Source: Candidatus Bipolaricaulota bacterium | GTDB lineage: Bacteria > Bipolaricaulota > Bipolaricaulia > RBG-16-55-9 > DRXL01 | Assembly: GCA_025061735.1 (NCBI GenBank) | Contig: JANXAU010000037.1 | Coordinates: 816-64,815 of the forward strand | Direction: 5' to 3' | Length of the DNA stretch: 64,000 nt | Shown here: positions 56,080 through 64,000 of the stretch, one piece after another | Position numbering within the stretch: position 1 is the stretch's first letter | How the letters are laid out: each line of letters opens with the position of its first letter | The notes under the pieces: generated by a model | Told to the model about the DNA's origin: nothing | The model's input: the letters and a program-made list of their open reading frames with translations, nothing else | Database searches by the model: none | Made by a program: the position numbers and the translations under genes

Positions 56080-56466
56080 ATGCCCAAGCGTATCGTCAAA
56101 ACAGAGAGAGCCCCCCAAGCGATCGGGCCGTATTCGCAAGCCGTGGTTGCCAACGGCTTCGTCTTTGTCTCTGGGCAGATCCCGCTCGACCCGGCGACGG
56201 GCCAGCTTGTCTCTGGAGATATTCAGCAGCAAGCCCGACGGTGCCTAGAGAATCTAAAAGCGATTCTCGAAGCCGCCGGCACGACGATGGATCGCTTGGT
56301 CAAAGTCACCGTCTTTGCTAAAGATTTGAAAGACTTTCAAGCGATCAATCAGATCTATGCAGAATACTGCAAAGAAAACCCTCCAGCTCGATCGTTCGTC
56401 GAGGTCTCTAGGCTCCCTCGGGACGCCGCGATCGAGATAGAGGGGATCGCGCTGCTGGAAGCTTAG
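56080..56466 (+). CDS. ridA: RidA family enamine/imine deaminase
   Basis: APQAIGPYSQA, FVSGQIP, PARSFVEV, IEIEGIA. Confidence 0.92.
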   Translation: MPKRIVKTERAPQAIGPYSQAVVANGFVFVSGQIPLDPATGQLVSGDIQQQARRCLENLKAILEAAGTTMDRLVKVTVFAKDLKDFQAINQIYAEYCKENPPARSFVEVSRLPRDAAIEIEGIALLEA

Positions 56467-56470
56467 CTAC

Positions 56471-57301
56471 TTAAAAGACGCCAAAGGCCTTCAGCAGGGC
56501 CAACGCGCCCAGCGCCGCGCCCAAGGCCCCCACGATCATATTCGTCTGAAGCTGATTCTCTGCTTGCAGCAGGCGCTTCTTCAATGCGCTCGACTCGTCT
56601 TGGACTTTCTTGAGCTGCTCCTCTTGCTGAGCCATCATAGCGGCTTGTTCTTCGAGTTTGGCCTGAAGCGCGGCCAAGCCCTCTTCGGTGCGGATGGCTT
56701 TGTTCGTCAGCCCGGAGAGCACATCGCCCAAGGCTTTGACGCGGTCGCGCAGCTCGTTGATGCGCAGCGTCAGCTCATCGGCGGCCTTGGGATCTACTGG
56801 CATCTTGATCGCTTTCTCTAAGGTGCTGACGCGCTCTTCGATGGACCGCACCCGGTCGCTGAGGTCCAGGAGCGTGCGCACGCGATCTTCCATGCCCTTC
56901 AGCCGCACATTCAGTTGGTCGATCATTCCCTCGCTCTGGAAGATGCGCGACGAGAGCATGTCGAAGCGCTCTTTGGTGTTATGGGCCAGTCCCGCCACGC
57001 TCGTCTCGAGATTGGCGATGCGCGGCACGATCTCCGATGAGAGCTTCTTCTCCAGATTCTGCAGATCGCGCAGCATCGACTCGGCCTGCTTCATCTCAAA
57101 CGAGATCTCCTTGACGATGCTGCCCAACCCCTCGGCCTTCTGGACCTGGAACGAAAGATCTTTCACAAGCGCTTCAAGACGCTTGAAGGCCTGCTCGAGC
57201 TTAAAGACCTTCTCGGCCAGCTTTTCGTCGTCGGACTGCGCCCAGACGGGCAGAGCAAAGCAGACAGCTACGGCCAGCAGCACGATAACAAGACGCTTCA
57301 T
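56471..57301 (-). CDS. Secreted long coiled-coil protein with a C-terminal hydrophobic anchor
   Basis: Signal peptide (ends VWA), ~230 aa of heptad-like charged helix, terminal IVGALGAALGALALLKAFGVF; SD AAGGAGG. Confidence 0.75.
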   Translation of the reverse strand: MKRLVIVLLAVAVCFALPVWAQSDDEKLAEKVFKLEQAFKRLEALVKDLSFQVQKAEGLGSIVKEISFEMKQAESMLRDLQNLEKKLSSEIVPRIANLETSVAGLAHNTKERFDMLSSRIFQSEGMIDQLNVRLKGMEDRVRTLLDLSDRVRSIEERVSTLEKAIKMPVDPKAADELTLRINELRDRVKALGDVLSGLTNKAIRTEEGLAALQAKLEEQAAMMAQQEEQLKKVQDESSALKKRLLQAENQLQTNMIVGALGAALGALALLKAFGVF

Positions 57302-57522
57302 CGTCGGTTCGTCCTCCTTGCCACGGTTGATCTGTCCGTTCGAGCGCTGTCTAGGGAGAGCGCCGCGAACGTCCAGGCTCTCAGAGTCTAGGGGTAGTCC
57401 CCGTCACGCCCAAGGAGCGGTGTCAACGGGAGTATGGACGTTGGGCACTCTGGGGAGAGACGGGGTTGCCCCTCCCACCCCCGGATCGGTTATAATACAG
57501 CCCAAGGAAGGGGGATCGACCC

Positions 57523-58425
57523 ATGAAGGCCGCGCCTAGCTCCCATCTCTCTGATTTGATCCAATCGTTTTTAGAGTCTCTCGATATCAATGCGACCTCG
57601 GTGCGCACCTATAAAGAAGCCCTGAAGAACTTTGTCGCGTGGCGCAACGGGCAGCCTCCCGAGGCGCCCGTCACCGCCGGCGAGATCAAGCTCTACAAAG
57701 AGTGGCTGCGCCAAAACCGCGCGGCGAATACCGTCGCGACGTACTTGGTCGCGCTGCGGCGCTTCTTCCAGTATTGCGTCTCCGAGGGGGTTTATTCGGA
57801 GAACCCCGTCGAGAAGGTGAAGAACATTCGTCGCCCGCGCGGGCATCTTAGACAAGACATCTCTCGGGAGGGGTTGCGCCGGCTCTTCTCGGTCGTGGAT
57901 CGGAGTACGCTGATGGGCAAGCGCGATTTTGCCATCATGAGCTTGATGGCCCGCAACGGCTTGCGCGTAATCGAGGTGACTAGAGCCAATGTGGGCGATT
58001 TAGAGTACCGTCGTGGGCGGCAGATCTTGCGGATCTGGGGGAAGGGGCGCGACGAGCGCGACGAGTTTGTTGTGCTGAGCGAACCGACGGTCTCGGCGTT
58101 AGAGGACTATCTGCAGGCGCGCGGGGAGGCCAATCCCCAGGAGCCGCTCTTTGTGGGCGTGCGCGCCCGCAACAAGGGCCGCCGCCTGACGACGCGCCAG
58201 ATCAATCGCATCGTGAATAGATATTTAATAAAAGCCGGGCTGAAGAACGAGAAGATCTCGCCCCACAGCTTAAGACACAGCTTTGTCACGCTGGCCATTC
58301 AGAGCGGTGCTTCTATCATCGAAGCCCAGATCGCCGCGCGCCATAAGTCTATCGAGACGACGCGGGTCTACTTCCACGAGCACGACCGGCTGGAGTCCCC
58401 TCCAGAAGACAAGATCGAGATTTGA
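57523..58425 (+). CDS. Tyrosine recombinase (XerC/D-like)
   Basis: R in GLRVIEV, K in WGKG, PHSLRHS, ARHKS, Y in TTRVY; N-terminal SAM-like domain. Confidence 0.9.
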   Translation: MKAAPSSHLSDLIQSFLESLDINATSVRTYKEALKNFVAWRNGQPPEAPVTAGEIKLYKEWLRQNRAANTVATYLVALRRFFQYCVSEGVYSENPVEKVKNIRRPRGHLRQDISREGLRRLFSVVDRSTLMGKRDFAIMSLMARNGLRVIEVTRANVGDLEYRRGRQILRIWGKGRDERDEFVVLSEPTVSALEDYLQARGEANPQEPLFVGVRARNKGRRLTTRQINRIVNRYLIKAGLKNEKISPHSLRHSFVTLAIQSGASIIEAQIAARHKSIETTRVYFHEHDRLESPPEDKIEI

Positions 58426-58433
58426 GCTGTAGG

Positions 58434-59333
58434 ATGGCTCAAGTCTTTGTGACGGGCGCGACGGGCTTTGTAGGGCGGCACTTGCTCCCCGCGCTCCTTC
58501 ACGCCCAGCACCGCGTGCGCTGCTTGGTCAGAAAACCCGTGAACGCCGAGACGCTGCAAGACTGTTCTGTATATCAGGGTGATTTGCTGCACCCCCAGCC
58601 ATGGGAACCAGCGATCATGGGAGCCGATACGGTGATCCATCTCGCTTCGGTGCATCGAGGGACACCAGAACTCTTGCACCGGACGAACGCCGAGGGGACA
58701 GCCACACTCGTCGCTCTGGCTGAGCGCGCCGGCGTCCATAGATTGATCTATCTGAGCACGCTGACGGCAGCACCCACGCCCCAGTGGCCCTATGCGTATT
58801 CGGCGTGGCTAGCGGAGGAAGCTATTCAGAAAAGCTCTTTGGATTATACGATCTTGCGTTGCTCGGTCATCGTGGGGCCGGGCGATCCCTTTCTCGGAGG
58901 GATGATAAGAATCGCTCGGAGCTGGCCGGTGGTGCCCATCATCGGGAACGGTCAGACGAGATTTCAGGTGCTCGACGTGCGAGACGTGGTGCGCTGCGTG
59001 CTCCAGATCATCGCCGAAGGGCGATTCTCTCGGAAACTGCTGAGCATCGGTGGCCCGGAGGCGCTCCGTTATGAAGAGATCGTAGAGAGAGTGCTGGCAG
59101 CGCTGGGCGTGCGCAAGCCCAAGGTGCGTGTGCCGCGGCGGCTTATGCGCTGGCTGGTGAACCGGCTCGAAGGGTGGGGAGTGCGCACGCCCTTCGTCCC
59201 GGCGCACTTCCTCTCGCGCGATCACTGCGCCGCGAGTCTTGATGTCATCCAAGAGCATTTTCGCTTTTCCCCCACAAGATTCGACGATACGCTTCGAGCC
59301 GTTTGCACCTCTGCCGACGACTTGTTACTGTAG
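58434..59333 (+). CDS. Atypical SDR / NDUFA9-like NAD(P)-binding protein
   Basis: VFVTGATGFVGR, LVRK, YTILRCSVIVG, IGGPE. Confidence 0.82.
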   Translation: MAQVFVTGATGFVGRHLLPALLHAQHRVRCLVRKPVNAETLQDCSVYQGDLLHPQPWEPAIMGADTVIHLASVHRGTPELLHRTNAEGTATLVALAERAGVHRLIYLSTLTAAPTPQWPYAYSAWLAEEAIQKSSLDYTILRCSVIVGPGDPFLGGMIRIARSWPVVPIIGNGQTRFQVLDVRDVVRCVLQIIAEGRFSRKLLSIGGPEALRYEEIVERVLAALGVRKPKVRVPRRLMRWLVNRLEGWGVRTPFVPAHFLSRDHCAASLDVIQEHFRFSPTRFDDTLRAVCTSADDLLL

Positions 59334-59363
59334 AGAAGATTTCTCAGAGAAGGAGACGGGCGT

Positions 59364-59921
59364 ATGGAGCTTCAGCCGGACGATGTCGTGTTGGGGGAGG
59401 TGACGGCGCTCAAGTCGTATGGGGCGTTTGTGCGCTTGGCTACGGGAGATCAGGGGATGATTCACATCTCGGAGGTCTCTCACGAATTCGTGCGCGATAT
59501 CTCGCAGCATCTGAAGGTGGGCCAGCAAGTGGTCGTGAAGGTGATCGGGCGCAACGAGGAGGGCAAGTACAATCTCTCGCTCAAGCGCGTCTCGCGCCAG
59601 GACCAAGAGGCCGCGCGCTTCCACAGCGAGGTTACGCAATTCACCAAGGCCCTCAACGAGCAACTGGTCGTGAAAGAAGAGCTGGTCAAACAGTTGGCCG
59701 AGCGCCAGACGCGTCAGGTGGCCAAGAGTTCGCTGATCGCGTGGCTGACGAGCGCGCGGCGCGAGATCCAACACCTAGAGCGTCGCCAGCAGGGGCGGAT
59801 GCGCGCCTACGAGCCGGACTGGCATCAACTGGCCGAGCGCGCGTCTTCTTCTCCTGCTGATGCTGAGGCGCCTGCGTTGGAGGAGCCTGGCGAGATCGAG
59901 TCGGGGGAGGAGCAGCGGTGA
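59364..59921 (+). CDS. S1 RNA-binding domain protein with a helical C-terminal extension
   Basis: GEVTALKSYGAFV, GMIHISEVSHEFV, VKVIG, LSLKR. Confidence 0.85.
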   Translation: MELQPDDVVLGEVTALKSYGAFVRLATGDQGMIHISEVSHEFVRDISQHLKVGQQVVVKVIGRNEEGKYNLSLKRVSRQDQEAARFHSEVTQFTKALNEQLVVKEELVKQLAERQTRQVAKSSLIAWLTSARREIQHLERRQQGRMRAYEPDWHQLAERASSSPADAEAPALEEPGEIESGEEQR

Positions 59922-60445
59922 GTGGGGAAGAGAGCTACAGATCCGAGCGCGTCTTCCGGGGGAGGCTCTTGGCGGTGCGCGTGGAGGAGGTCGTGCTGGC
60001 GGATGGGCGACGGGCACGGCGCGAGATCGTCGAGCATCCCGGTGCCGTCGCGATTCTCGCTGTAGATGATCAACAACGGGTGGCGCTTGTGCGCCAGTTC
60101 CGCAGAGCCGCTGATCAAGAACTCTGGGAGGTCCCCGCGGGCACGCTCGAACCCGGCGAAGCGCCTCTGGAATGCGCTCGACGCGAACTCCAAGAAGAGA
60201 CGGGGTTTTCGGCCAACGAATGGCAGCCTCTCTTGACGTTCTACACGGCTCCGGGCTTCTGCACCGAGAAGATGTATCTCTTTCTCGCTCAAGAGCTAAG
60301 ACCCGTCGCCCAAAAGACTGAAATCGCCGATGAGCAGATCGAAGTGCGCTTCTACTCTAAACGCGAGATCGAGACGATGCTCCCAGGGCTGCACGACGCC
60401 AAGACGCTCGTGGCGCTGCTGTGGTGGCTGCACCAAAACAGATAG
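59918..60445 (+). CDS. NUDIX hydrolase (ADP-ribose pyrophosphatase-like)
   Basis: REIVEHPGAV, Nudix box GTLEPGEAPLECARRELQEETG, APGFCTE, DAKT. Confidence 0.9.
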   Translation: MSGEESYRSERVFRGRLLAVRVEEVVLADGRRARREIVEHPGAVAILAVDDQQRVALVRQFRRAADQELWEVPAGTLEPGEAPLECARRELQEETGFSANEWQPLLTFYTAPGFCTEKMYLFLAQELRPVAQKTEIADEQIEVRFYSKREIETMLPGLHDAKTLVALLWWLHQNR

Positions 60446-60446
60446 A

Positions 60447-61712
60447 ATGATCACCGAGCTGCAACGACGCACCGAATTTAAATTATTAGAGACGGCGCAG
60501 TACTTCTTTGAAGAAGCCGCCGATCGTTTGGGGTTGGAGCGCTCGTTGCGCGAGCTGTTGGCTTATCCCAAGCGCAAATTTATTGTGGTTTTTCCCGTCG
60601 TGATGGACGATGGCCGCGTGGAGAGCTTTGAGGGCTATCGCGTGCAGCATCATTTGGTCTTAGGCCCCTGCAAGGGCGGGGTGCGTTATCATCCTGAGGT
60701 TACCCTGGAAGAAATAGAAGCTCTGGCGATCTTAGCGACGTGGGAGGCGGCGCTGCTAGAGCTGCCCTTCAGCGGGGCCAAGGGCGGGGTGCGTTGTGAT
60801 CCCAAGAGGCTGTCGCTGGCCGAGCTAGAACGCCTCACCCGGCGCTACGCCGCGGAGATCGCGCCGCTCATCGGCCCGGAGATAGACATCCCCGAACCCG
60901 ATCTCTACACCAGCGAGCGCGAGATGGCGTGGATCTTGGACACGCTCAGCATGCACGCGCACGGTCAGTACTTGGCGTCGGCCGTGACGGGCAAGCCGGT
61001 GGTCTTGAGCGGCTCGTTCGGGCGTGAGCACGCCACCGGGCGCGGTGCGTTCTTTATTGCTCGAGAAGTCCTCAAGACGCTGGGGATCTCTCCCAAAGAA
61101 GCTAGAGTTGCAATTCAGGGGTTTGGCCATTCGGGCAAGAGCTTCGCTCAAGCGATGCACGCCGCGGGCGCTCGGGTGATCGCCGTGAGCGACTCCCGCG
61201 GCGGCACCTTCTGCGCCGAGGGACTCGATATTCCCAAGCTCTTGGAATACAAACACGAGACGGGCAGCGTGGTCGGCTTTGCAGAAGCGATCTCCAACTC
61301 AGAACTCTTGACGCTTCCGTGCGATCTCTTGGCTCCGGCGGCGATTGAGAATCAGATCACCGAAGAGAACGCCGGAGCGATTAAAGCGCGGGCGATCTTA
61401 GAGTTAGCCTACGGCCCGACGACGCTCGAGGCCGATAGAATTCTCTACGATCGCGACATTCTCGTGGTGCCCGATATTTTGGTGAACGCGGGGGGCGTGA
61501 CGGTCAGCTACTTTGAGTGGGTGCAGTCGCGCACGTTTGACTTCTGGAGTCCGGCTCAAGTCGAGCACCGGTTGAAGCGCTTTATGAGACGAGCGTTTCG
61601 GCGCGTGCAAGCGGCGTGCGAAGCCGAGAAGACCGATCTGCGCACGGCGGCGTACTGCCTCGCAGTCAAGCGCGTGGCCGATGCGGCGCGCGCGCGGGGG
61701 CTGTACGCTTAA
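60447..61712 (+). CDS. Glu/Leu/Phe/Val dehydrogenase family protein with an altered active site
   Basis: GYRVQH, GPCKGGVRY, AKGGV, VTGKP, ATGRG, NAGGVTVSYFEWVQ; but TWE where TWK is usual. Confidence 0.85.
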   Translation: MITELQRRTEFKLLETAQYFFEEAADRLGLERSLRELLAYPKRKFIVVFPVVMDDGRVESFEGYRVQHHLVLGPCKGGVRYHPEVTLEEIEALAILATWEAALLELPFSGAKGGVRCDPKRLSLAELERLTRRYAAEIAPLIGPEIDIPEPDLYTSEREMAWILDTLSMHAHGQYLASAVTGKPVVLSGSFGREHATGRGAFFIAREVLKTLGISPKEARVAIQGFGHSGKSFAQAMHAAGARVIAVSDSRGGTFCAEGLDIPKLLEYKHETGSVVGFAEAISNSELLTLPCDLLAPAAIENQITEENAGAIKARAILELAYGPTTLEADRILYDRDILVVPDILVNAGGVTVSYFEWVQSRTFDFWSPAQVEHRLKRFMRRAFRRVQAACEAEKTDLRTAAYCLAVKRVADAARARGLYA

Positions 61713-61735
61713 GCTAAACAAATAAGAGAAAGAAT

Positions 61736-62524
61736 ATGAGGATTGTTTCATTAGCCAGCGGCAGCAGCGCCAACGCTACGCTGATCGAGTCTGAGCACAC
61801 GAGAATCTTGATTGACGCGGGCCTCTCGCGGCGTCAGATCGTCCAGAGGCTCACCAAGGTCTGCGGGGCGAACGGGCGCCTGGACGCGATCTTGGTGACC
61901 CATGAGCATCAGGATCATATTGTGGGGCTGGAGCGCACGGCGCGGGCTTTTGAGGTTCCCATCTACGCGACCGAGGGCACGATCGCCGCGTTGGAGCCGT
62001 GCTTGGAGAAGATCAGCAAATTAGATCTGCGTGTTTGTGTGCCGCGTCGCGCGTTTGAGATCGGCGACTTGGTGATCGAACCCTTTCGCACGCCCCACGA
62101 CGCCGCCGAATCCTGTGGGTTCTTCATCGAAGAGAGATCGCTCTTTGCCAAGCTCAACAAGCGGGTGGGGTTGGCGACCGACTTGGGGACGGTCACCCGA
62201 GAAGTGCGGGAGTACTTAGAGCAGTGCGATTTCGTATTATTAGAATCGAATCACGATGTCGAGATGCTTCTTCAGGGGATGTATCCTGAAGATTTGAAGG
62301 CTCGGATTCTCAGCGAGGTGGGGCATCTGTCCAACGACGATTGTGCCGAGACGTTGGTTCATCTGGCGAAAGAAGGGCGCTTGAAGAGAGCTGTGCTGAT
62401 GCATTTGAGTCAGAACAACAATCGTCCGAAGTTGGCTTTAGAGACGGCACAACGGTCTTTGAACGGTTCGGTAGAAGTAGCAGTTGCGCCGCGCGACCGC
62501 ATGAGCGAGATCTTCGTGCTGTGA
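61736..62524 (+). CDS. MBL-fold metallo-hydrolase (YycJ/WalJ-like)
   Basis: LASGSSAN, LIDAG, THEHQDH, TPHDA, ATDLG, LESNHD, GHLSN, HLSQNNN. Confidence 0.9.
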   Translation: MRIVSLASGSSANATLIESEHTRILIDAGLSRRQIVQRLTKVCGANGRLDAILVTHEHQDHIVGLERTARAFEVPIYATEGTIAALEPCLEKISKLDLRVCVPRRAFEIGDLVIEPFRTPHDAAESCGFFIEERSLFAKLNKRVGLATDLGTVTREVREYLEQCDFVLLESNHDVEMLLQGMYPEDLKARILSEVGHLSNDDCAETLVHLAKEGRLKRAVLMHLSQNNNRPKLALETAQRSLNGSVEVAVAPRDRMSEIFVL

Positions 62525-62582
62525 GAGAGCGATTTCTCTCAATCTCATCAGCTGATTAAGATTGCTGGTAAAACGGTCTTCT

Positions 62583-63818
62583 TTAACCTCCGCACTTTGC
62601 CCGTAGTTCCTCTGAACTATAGTCCCCATTCTTATTTGAGGAGACCTGGTTGGCTTCGCAGCGCGTGATAAATCGTGGGTCAAGATTGATACCATACCCT
62701 TGATTATGCTCGATGTGATTCATGTGCAGAATCTCAATCCCTATGTAGATACCAAGATCAGGACTATAATCGCTCCTGATCCCATCATGGTTATTCGAGA
62801 CAATTCTGTTGATCTCAATACGAATATTCGAGGAGCCTGGCAACAACTCGATCCCCGGACCCTCATTCCGAGCAATCAGGTTCTGCCATATTTGAACGTC
62901 GGTGGATTTCCAGGACTGGATACCATAATCGTTCTCTTCTAGGATGTTAGTATCTATGTCAATAGCTGTTGATCCGTACAGTTGAATGCCAGTATCATTG
63001 TCATAGAGGTGGTTTACAGCAATCCAAATCCCGTGAGCGTTATTAAGATCAATCCCATCCCCCCCGTATGGATAGTCAAAGTGACAGCCCGTGATCTCAT
63101 TGTGAGCAATCAAGATACCGTGCCTTGCGTTAAGAGGGATGAATGGCGAATCGAAGCTTATCCACCCCTTAACGCCTTGTAAGACGATGCCGCTCTTGCC
63201 CCCCTTAATGAGATTGCTCGCAATTAAAAGATGAGCGAATGCTCCTGTAAGCCAGATTCCCCCAACTCCAGTGTCACCCCGAGGCTGAATAGAATTGTGG
63301 GCAATCAGGCCGCTCACTCGTCCTACAACTTGGATTGCCTCAGAGTTCCCGACAATCTTCATGTGGGTGATGCCCACCGTGATGTGCCAGGAGCCAGCGA
63401 CGAAGATCGTGGGGCGCTTAGCATCCAGCCCTTCTAGCTTGCCCATCACTGTTGTTTGTTCGCGCCCAGCCCCTTGAAGCCAAACGCTCTTGAGCACAAT
63501 CAAGTTCTCTTGATAGGTGCCAGGGGCGATCTTAATCTGTGGAATAGCCACAGGCTTGCGATTCTCAAATGTTACTGGCGGGGTTTCAGGGGCTGCATGG
63601 ATAGCATCTTGGATCTTCTTGAAATCGCAAGTTGGTGGGCCTTCAGGGCAAACGGTCAGAGTTATAGACGGTATAAGAGGAAACTCTTGCTGAGCATCTA
63701 GCAACGGTATTTGGTGTATGGACAGTCCTTTTGTCATCGTCAAGATCGTGCCACGAGTGAGCATCAGCATGCCGATGATAATGAATATAAGCATGCTGAG
63801 CGCCTTGAGTGCTAGCAT
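62583..63818 (-). CDS. Exported right-handed parallel beta-helix (NosD/pectin-lyase-like) protein
   Basis: N-terminal hydrophobic segment; CDFKKIQDAI...IAPGTYQENL...LQGAG cap; repeated I..N.I..N...GI.L units; SD GAGGAGG before ATG 63818 (the ORF track starts at 63914). Confidence 0.8.
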   Translation of the reverse strand: MLALKALSMLIFIIIGMLMLTRGTILTMTKGLSIHQIPLLDAQQEFPLIPSITLTVCPEGPPTCDFKKIQDAIHAAPETPPVTFENRKPVAIPQIKIAPGTYQENLIVLKSVWLQGAGREQTTVMGKLEGLDAKRPTIFVAGSWHITVGITHMKIVGNSEAIQVVGRVSGLIAHNSIQPRGDTGVGGIWLTGAFAHLLIASNLIKGGKSGIVLQGVKGWISFDSPFIPLNARHGILIAHNEITGCHFDYPYGGDGIDLNNAHGIWIAVNHLYDNDTGIQLYGSTAIDIDTNILEENDYGIQSWKSTDVQIWQNLIARNEGPGIELLPGSSNIRIEINRIVSNNHDGIRSDYSPDLGIYIGIEILHMNHIEHNQGYGINLDPRFITRCEANQVSSNKNGDYSSEELRAKCGG

Positions 63819-64000
63819 AGAACCCTCCTCTCTAACTATTGCAAACGGGGCATCGCGGCTCAATCGAGCTGTTCGGATCGATTGGCTCCGTTTCATCCCA
63901 GTCAGGTTCCCCAATGATTATAGCAGATTCTGGGTTCCCATGGTTGGGGGATGAGGGCTGAGACGTCTCAGACCACGGTTCTGCGACGCAAACAGCTCTT

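Noticed and set aside
57523-58425. Prophage or integrative element around the tyrosine recombinase, or at either tRNA
   Set aside because: No phage, conjugation or replication genes, and no duplicated tRNA 3' ends.
1-64000. CRISPR array, rRNA, IS transposase, or retron/RT or other defence loci
   Set aside because: No regularly spaced direct repeats, rRNA-like sequence, or DDE/HUH/RT motifs found by eye.

Overview
A 64-kb, GC-rich, gene-dense bacterial chromosomal segment made mostly of housekeeping genes. The gene mix suggests a deep-branching, possibly thermophilic diderm such as Ca. Bipolaricaulota/Acetothermia (inference only): LysW pathway, archaeal-type asd, paired moeA, BamA/Skp/Lpt without lpx genes. 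Left to right: ispG, def-fmt, two PIN toxin-antitoxin (TA) modules, mobB-moeA-moeA, ABC-F, asd, ndk, tRNA-Arg-dprA, YyaL/PaaI, S8 and S41 proteases, comM, bamA-skp-fabZ-ftcD, a partial dcw cluster (murD to ftsZ), an 1160-aa LptF/G-LptA-like-LptD fusion, EF-G2, tRNA-Thr, a cation/H+ antiporter, a minus-strand argG-argH-lysW-lysX-lysX-lysY-[TA]-lysZ-lysJ-lysK cluster, ruvB, an in-frame PCD-thrC ORF, cyclophilin, acyl-CoA dehydrogenase, RidA, a coiled-coil envelope protein, a tyrosine recombinase, NUDIX, an atypical GDH, an MBL hydrolase and an AT-richer beta-helix gene. Best leads: (1) a consensus promoter, a strong Shine-Dalgarno (SD) and a 41-aa leader peptide ending RRRRS upstream of argG, a candidate arginine attenuator controlling a LysW carrier-protein operon with two LysX ligases; (2) a single polypeptide apparently joining the inner-membrane Lpt permease, periplasmic jellyrolls and an LptD-like barrel in a locus with no lipid A genes; (3) widespread leaderless-type promoters; (4) a GDH lacking a substrate-binding lysine, a PCD-ThrC fusion, a nonsense-inactivated PIN toxin and a hairpin repeat family with a TYYCA loop. 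No CRISPR, rRNA or transposase was seen. Gene calls rest on motif recognition by eye; no database searches were run.
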